From NCBI GenBank assembly GCA_964542285.1, contig CAZIUM010000002.1, positions 1 to 60,800 of the forward strand: 60,800 nt of DNA, read 5' to 3'. The translations under genes were made by a program, and so were the position numbers. The DNA comes from an uncultured Lentisphaerales bacterium (lineage in GTDB: Bacteria > Verrucomicrobiota > Kiritimatiellia > RFP12 > JAAYLN01). The notes below the pieces were generated by a model. The model saw nothing but the letters and a program-made list of their open reading frames with translations. It was not told where the DNA came from and ran no database searches. Positions 56,436 through 60,800 of this stretch are shown here, in pieces; the first letter of the stretch is position 1; the number at the start of each line of letters is the position of its first letter.

Positions 56436-57410
56436 CTACTGCGTGGCCAGGTCGATGGCGGCCGTGGCGATAGACTCCGCGTTGGGCATCAGCGCCTGCT
56501 CCAGAGTGCGTGCCGCCGCGATCGGAGCGTCGGGCATGCCGAACCGTCGTACCGGCGCGGTCAGCGCGTCGTGCGCCGTTTCGCCAACACGCGCGGCCAG
56601 TTCCGCGCCAATACCTCCCGTGAGCGGTCCCTCCTCGACAATCAGGACCCGCCCGGTTTTCCGGGCCGATGCGGTAATGGTATCCATGTCGAGGGGATTG
56701 AGGGATCGCAAATCGATGACTTCGGCTTCGATTTCCTCTTGCGCCAGTCTGTCTGCGGCCCGTTCGGCCTCCACGGCCATCCAGGACCAGGCCAGCAGCG
56801 TGAGGTCGGTTCCGGAGCGCGCCAGGCGAGCGCGTCCCAACCTGGCGGGGGGAACGGGGTCAACCGGCATCTCCCAGCGCATCGGATACAGCAATTTATG
56901 CTCGAGAAACAAGACCGGATTGGGATCCCGGATGGCGGCTTTCAGCAAGGCCGCGGCATCGGGGCCCGTGGAAGGAGCGACGATCCGAAGTCCGGGGATT
57001 CCGAAAAACAGCCGCTCGAGGCATTGCGAATGGGTGGCGCCATAGCCCCGTCCTGCGCCCATGGCGGTTCGAACCACCAAGGGACAGGGCATTTCATAAA
57101 TCCAGGACAATTTGGCCGCCATGTTCACCAGCGCATCCACCGCCAGGGTAATGAAGTCCATGAACATGATCTCGACCACCGGATGCGAGCCGGCTGCCGC
57201 CGCCCCAATCGCCGCGCCGACGAATCCCGGTTCGGATATGGGCGTATCCCGCACGCGTTCCGAACCGAATTCCCGCACGAGGTCCCTCGTCACGCCAAAA
57301 GAACCGCCGTACACGCCAATGTCTTCGCCCATAAGGAACATCCGCGGGTCGCGTCGCATCTCCTCCGCCAGGGTTTGCCGCAGAATCTTTGTGGTGGTCA
57401 GCGCACTCAT
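56436..57410 (-). CDS. Alpha-ketoacid (pyruvate/acetoin-type) dehydrogenase E1 component, beta subunit
   Basis: 324 aa. FLMGEDIGVYGGSFGVTRDL with a transketolase-like pyrimidine-binding lobe and C-terminal domain. Confidence 0.8.
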   Translation of the reverse strand: MSALTTTKILRQTLAEEMRRDPRMFLMGEDIGVYGGSFGVTRDLVREFGSERVRDTPISEPGFVGAAIGAAAAGSHPVVEIMFMDFITLAVDALVNMAAKLSWIYEMPCPLVVRTAMGAGRGYGATHSQCLERLFFGIPGLRIVAPSTGPDAAALLKAAIRDPNPVLFLEHKLLYPMRWEMPVDPVPPARLGRARLARSGTDLTLLAWSWMAVEAERAADRLAQEEIEAEVIDLRSLNPLDMDTITASARKTGRVLIVEEGPLTGGIGAELAARVGETAHDALTAPVRRFGMPDAPIAAARTLEQALMPNAESIATAAIDLATQ

Positions 57411-58351
57411 ACCGTCACCCCCTCGGTGATGGAAGCCACATCCGGCAACGCGCTTTCATCGGCAAACCGAACCGCCTTCTCGACGGCGGCCTCCGCCACC
57501 TGGCGGCATTGTTCCAGTTGCGCCGCTTGTCCACCCGCGGCAAGATATCGTTGCGCACACCGCACCAGGGGCTCCTTTGTCCAGGCCAGTGCCTCCTCCT
57601 CGCGATCGCGATAAACCCGGGGGTCGCCTCGTGAATGTCCCGACAACCGATACGTGCGGCATTCCAGCAATGCGGGGCCCTCCCCCTGGCGGGCGCGCTC
57701 CACAAGTTCGCGGGCTGCGGCATGGACGACTTCCACGTCATTGCCGTCGACACTGACGCCGGGAATGCCATAAGCCGCCGCACGATCCTTGACCCGTGGC
57801 ACACTGACGCCGTGAACGGCCGGTGTCGACATGGCATAGCCGTTCCATTCGCATACCGCCAGCAATGGTAGACGCCACAAGGCGGCAAGGTTGAGACTTT
57901 CATGCACGACTCCCTGGCTGGAGGCGCCATCGCCAAAGAATGAAACCACTACGCGTCCGGTGCCGCGCAAGCGCGAGTCCAAGGCCAGACCGGTGGCGAA
58001 GGGCATGCCGGCACCGGTGATCCCATTGGATCCATAAAAACCCAACGTGGACTCCATCATCATCTGGCTGCCTCCCCGCCCGCGAGAATATCCGGTGACC
58101 CGTCCGAAAAGTTCGGCCATCAGGCGACCGGGATCGGCGCCTCGCGCCAGAAAATGTCCATGCCCGCGATGCGTGCTGGTCAAGGCGTCACAATCCATCA
58201 AAGCCCAGACAACCCCCACCGCAACCGCTTCCTGTCCAATACAGGTGTGTGCCGTGCCGGCAATGCGTCCTTGGCTGAAAAGCTGTTCTACGGTCTCTTC
58301 AAAGCGCCGAATCAGCACCATGCGCTCGTAGGCTTGGATCAAATTCAACAT
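57407..58351 (-). CDS. Alpha-ketoacid dehydrogenase E1 component, alpha subunit (TPP-binding)
   Basis: TPP motif GDGASSQGVVHESLNLAALWRLPLLAVCEWNGYAMS. The ATG at 58351 (MLNLIQAYERMVLIRRFEE) is preferred over the ORF-track start at 58480. 4-nt overlap with the beta subunit gene. Confidence 0.8.
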   Translation of the reverse strand: MLNLIQAYERMVLIRRFEETVEQLFSQGRIAGTAHTCIGQEAVAVGVVWALMDCDALTSTHRGHGHFLARGADPGRLMAELFGRVTGYSRGRGGSQMMMESTLGFYGSNGITGAGMPFATGLALDSRLRGTGRVVVSFFGDGASSQGVVHESLNLAALWRLPLLAVCEWNGYAMSTPAVHGVSVPRVKDRAAAYGIPGVSVDGNDVEVVHAAARELVERARQGEGPALLECRTYRLSGHSRGDPRVYRDREEEALAWTKEPLVRCAQRYLAAGGQAAQLEQCRQVAEAAVEKAVRFADESALPDVASITEGVTV

Positions 58352-58503
58352 ACCGAACTCACCAAGCAAAAACCGTGCCGATAGCTGGAAGGAGGTGCAT
58401 CGATCCTCGGACGGTTTGGTTCGCTGGCTCGCGTTCTTTCTGTTTTGGTTGACGCAATAAAGGGGGACGATTGAATGCATTCCCCTTGCCTGCGTGCTGT
58501 CAT

Positions 58504-59895
58504 CTACCCGTTCCGGGAGGCGACGGAATGCAGACGACCGTGGGCCAGGCGGGTAACAAGATTTGTGCCGGGCGGCGCCTGGTCGGCATCACGCACGATC
58601 GTACCATCCTCCAACTGGGTGAGACTGAAGCCACGCGCCAGCACGGCCAGGGGGTTGAGCGCGTGAAGCCGGTTTTCGATCGCAACCAAGCGGCTTTCAC
58701 GGGCGGCCAGCATATCGTCCGTGGCGCGCCCGATGCGCTGTTGATGGTCACGCAATTCATTACGCCGTTGCGGCAGCCAGACACCACGTTGGTACAACAG
58801 GATCGACAGGGCGCGTTCACAACGGCGCCGGTCGCTCAGGCAGCGTTCATCAACCGTTGCCCGCAATCGATTGGCCACAGAGTCCAGTCGTTGCGTCAGA
58901 CGCGTAATGGCATGTCGCGGCTCGCTGAACACCCGGTTTCCTGCGGCGTTCAGCATCCGGCCCCGCACTTCCGTCAGCCGTTGCCGCCACACGGCGTCCA
59001 TGGCGCGTTGATTCATCGCCAGACGTCTTTCGAAATCCTCTTTATGGCCTACAACAAGTTCCGCGGCGGCCGAAGGCGTGGGAGCCCGCAGATCGGAGGC
59101 GAAATCGCAGATGGTGAAATCGATCTCGTGTCCCACCGCGGAAATGACCGGTAAGCGCGAACGCGCCACCGCCCGGGCCACGACTTCCTCGTTGAAGGCC
59201 CAGAGGTCTTCAATGCTTCCCCCTCCTCGCGTAACGATCAAAACATCGAGAGGGGGGGAATCGGGAAGCCGTTCCGGGGTGCCCACGGCATTGAGCAGAT
59301 CGATGGCCGCGGCAATTTCTTCGGCGGCGCCAGCTCCTTGCACGCGAGTTCCGGCCACCAGAACCCGAAGATTGGGATAACGGCGCGAAAGAACATTCAC
59401 AATGTCACGCAAGGCCGCCCCGCCCGGCGACGTCACGACTCCGATGTGACGGGGCAACAGAGGCAGCGGCTGTTTGCGGTCCTCGTCGAACAGCCCCTCC
59501 GCCGCGAGTTTGCGCTTGAGCGCCTCGAAGCGCTCCATCAGGGCCCCCTGTCCCGCGGATTCGAGCTTGCGGACGATCAACTGGTACTGACCGCGCGGTT
59601 CGTACACCGTAATTTCGCCCGTCGCCCGCACCGCCATGCCGTCCGCGGGCTGAAATTTCACGCCCCGTCGCGCGCCGGCGAACAAAACGGCATTCAACTG
59701 CGCCCCCTCGTCCTTGAGGGTCATGTAACAATGCCCCGATGGCATTTGGCGCCAGTTGGATATTTCTCCGGCCACATGAACGGCGCCAATCTCATCCTCC
59801 AGGATCAGCTTGACCTGGCGTGTCAGTTCAGAAACCGTCAAGACCTTGCGCGTCGTCATCATGATGCCATCGTGAACTGTTGCGAAACGTGCCAT
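58504..59895 (-). CDS. xseA: Exodeoxyribonuclease VII large subunit
   Basis: 463 aa. LTVSELTRQVKLILE...VHVAGEISNW (OB fold), IGVVTSPGGAALRDI, RGGGSIEDLWAFN. The true start may be the internal Met pair at about 59862. Confidence 0.88.
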   Translation of the reverse strand: MARFATVHDGIMMTTRKVLTVSELTRQVKLILEDEIGAVHVAGEISNWRQMPSGHCYMTLKDEGAQLNAVLFAGARRGVKFQPADGMAVRATGEITVYEPRGQYQLIVRKLESAGQGALMERFEALKRKLAAEGLFDEDRKQPLPLLPRHIGVVTSPGGAALRDIVNVLSRRYPNLRVLVAGTRVQGAGAAEEIAAAIDLLNAVGTPERLPDSPPLDVLIVTRGGGSIEDLWAFNEEVVARAVARSRLPVISAVGHEIDFTICDFASDLRAPTPSAAAELVVGHKEDFERRLAMNQRAMDAVWRQRLTEVRGRMLNAAGNRVFSEPRHAITRLTQRLDSVANRLRATVDERCLSDRRRCERALSILLYQRGVWLPQRRNELRDHQQRIGRATDDMLAARESRLVAIENRLHALNPLAVLARGFSLTQLEDGTIVRDADQAPPGTNLVTRLAHGRLHSVASRNG

Positions 59896-59903
59896 CGGAG
59901 GAA

Positions 59904-60698
59904 TTATCGTGTCGCTTCGCGGGGGGGGCGACGCAGGAAACGCTGGGTGAAGATGGCGGGGTTCAGTCCCAGGTTGTAACGCACATTGGAATATTCGTTG
60001 CGGGTGGAACTGCCGCCAACGTGGTCCGTGGCCACCGATTCGATCGCCGTCGGAATGCCGTCGATGGTTTGGACCTTGGAAACCTCGATCGTGCGGTACA
60101 GCTTGCCGGCGGCATCGTAGTACTCCGATTTCATCGGCAGGAAGGTTTCCTTGTCGATTTTCACGCGGTACCAGGCAAATTCGACCGAGCCTGGATCGAC
60201 CGGCGTATTTTTAATGACATGATAACGATCGGTGGATTCTTCCAGTTCGTGACGATCCTCGGAGAGCCCGCGCCCCGAAACATCTTCGTAAAAATAATCC
60301 GATCCGGCAAACGAGGTGCGCTTGTCCCCCGGCGCGATGCGTTTTTCCAGGTTAAGCGCCGGAAGAAACAACCAGCGATCGTCGTTTCCGCCCGGTTTTT
60401 TCCAGACCAGGTACGCCATGCGTCGCACGTCGGCGGGCGCTTTGAAATAGACGTAAAATTTCTGCTCTTCGCCTTCGTTGCGCCGCAAAATGGTCAATTC
60501 ACGCGTACGCTGTCCCCCTTGGGCGTCCGTAATAGTCATGGTAACGTCGGACCGTCCGTCTTCACCGGCATAGTAGAAGGCCTGGTTGGCACGGCTCATG
60601 ATTTCATCGGCCGGAAGGATTCCATCTTCATCGGCCCGCGTGTAACTCAGCGAAACGATACCCGCGATTACCATGGACAGAATAAGAACGAGTTTCAT
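59904..60698 (-). CDS. LolA-like outer membrane lipoprotein-sorting protein
   Basis: 264 aa. Signal peptide MKLVLILSMVIAGIVSLS. Blocks ...RTRELTILRRNEGEEQKFYVYFKAPADVRRMAYLVWKK and DDRWLFLPAL...R...G are typical of the LolA_like family that pairs with membrane exporters. Confidence 0.65.
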   Translation of the reverse strand: MKLVLILSMVIAGIVSLSYTRADEDGILPADEIMSRANQAFYYAGEDGRSDVTMTITDAQGGQRTRELTILRRNEGEEQKFYVYFKAPADVRRMAYLVWKKPGGNDDRWLFLPALNLEKRIAPGDKRTSFAGSDYFYEDVSGRGLSEDRHELEESTDRYHVIKNTPVDPGSVEFAWYRVKIDKETFLPMKSEYYDAAGKLYRTIEVSKVQTIDGIPTAIESVATDHVGGSSTRNEYSNVRYNLGLNPAIFTQRFLRRPPREATR

Positions 60699-60800
60699 GG
60701 TCTCTTTTCTCCTTTATTCGGTTGTTCGTCAAACAGGCGACGGCGCAAGAGATTCAGCATGGGGGGCAGGATCAGGAGGGTGGCCATCCATGAAATCGCC
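60695..60800 (-). CDS. 3' end of a membrane protein gene (possibly an RND/MMPL-type exporter), partial
   Basis: The minus-strand frame reads ...AISWMATLLILPPMLNLLRRRLFDEQPNKGEKRP-stop. Its TGA overlaps the ATG of the LolA-like gene (ATGA). A hydrophobic terminal helix is followed by a basic tail. The family guess rests on the usual partner of LolA-like genes. Confidence 0.35.
   Translation of the reverse strand, partial: AISWMATLLILPPMLNLLRRRLFDEQPNKGEKRP

Noticed and set aside
1-60800. CRISPR arrays, rRNA genes, transposases, toxin-antitoxin pairs and known defence-system genes
   Set aside because: Reading both strands, I found no regularly spaced direct repeats and no nuclease, helicase or methylase-type defence gene signatures. 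I also found no IS-like terminal inverted repeats and no rRNA-like conserved segments.

Overview
GC-rich bacterial chromosomal window with about 50 protein-coding genes, one tRNA (tRNA-Val, anticodon TAC) and no rRNA. I found no CRISPR array, transposase, integrase or phage genes. All family assignments come from motif recognition by eye, not from searches.

Genes are tightly packed, and many neighbours share 4-nt ATGA or GTGA stop/start overlaps.

Housekeeping genes:
- smc, fabD-fabG-acpP-fabF, mutM and gyrA
- tonB-exbD-exbB
- DAHP synthase and pheA
- waaF, murJ and murG
- gltX, serA, speA and xseA

Glycan and sulfated-sugar genes are interspersed among them:
- a nagA-like deacetylase and a sialate O-acetylesterase
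- a BNR/sialidase-fold protein and a DUF4838-like protein
- two Cys-type sulfatases
- a PfkB sugar kinase

This gene mix, together with an N-terminal W-x-G...NW (PATR-like) secreted protein, suggests a PVC-superphylum organism such as Kiritimatiellota, Verrucomicrobiota or Lentisphaerota. That placement is inference only.

Most unusual observations:
1. An IclR-led operon of three translationally coupled paralogs resembling the QueG / reductive-dehalogenase Fe-S superfamily (18.2-21.8 kb).
2. A block bounded by two signal-peptide-less sulfatases. It holds a flavodoxin-like gene coupled to a tandem-Rossmann FAD oxidoreductase, convergent with a sulfatase / Ddl-like ATP-grasp / PfkB kinase operon (40.1-48.8 kb).
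3. A secreted repeat protein interrupted by a single in-frame TGA.
4. A short C-terminal tail, G-T-M-[VI]-[IL]-L-R-stop, shared by two secreted-type ORFs.

Many long ORFs antisense to real genes are GC-composition artefacts and were rejected.
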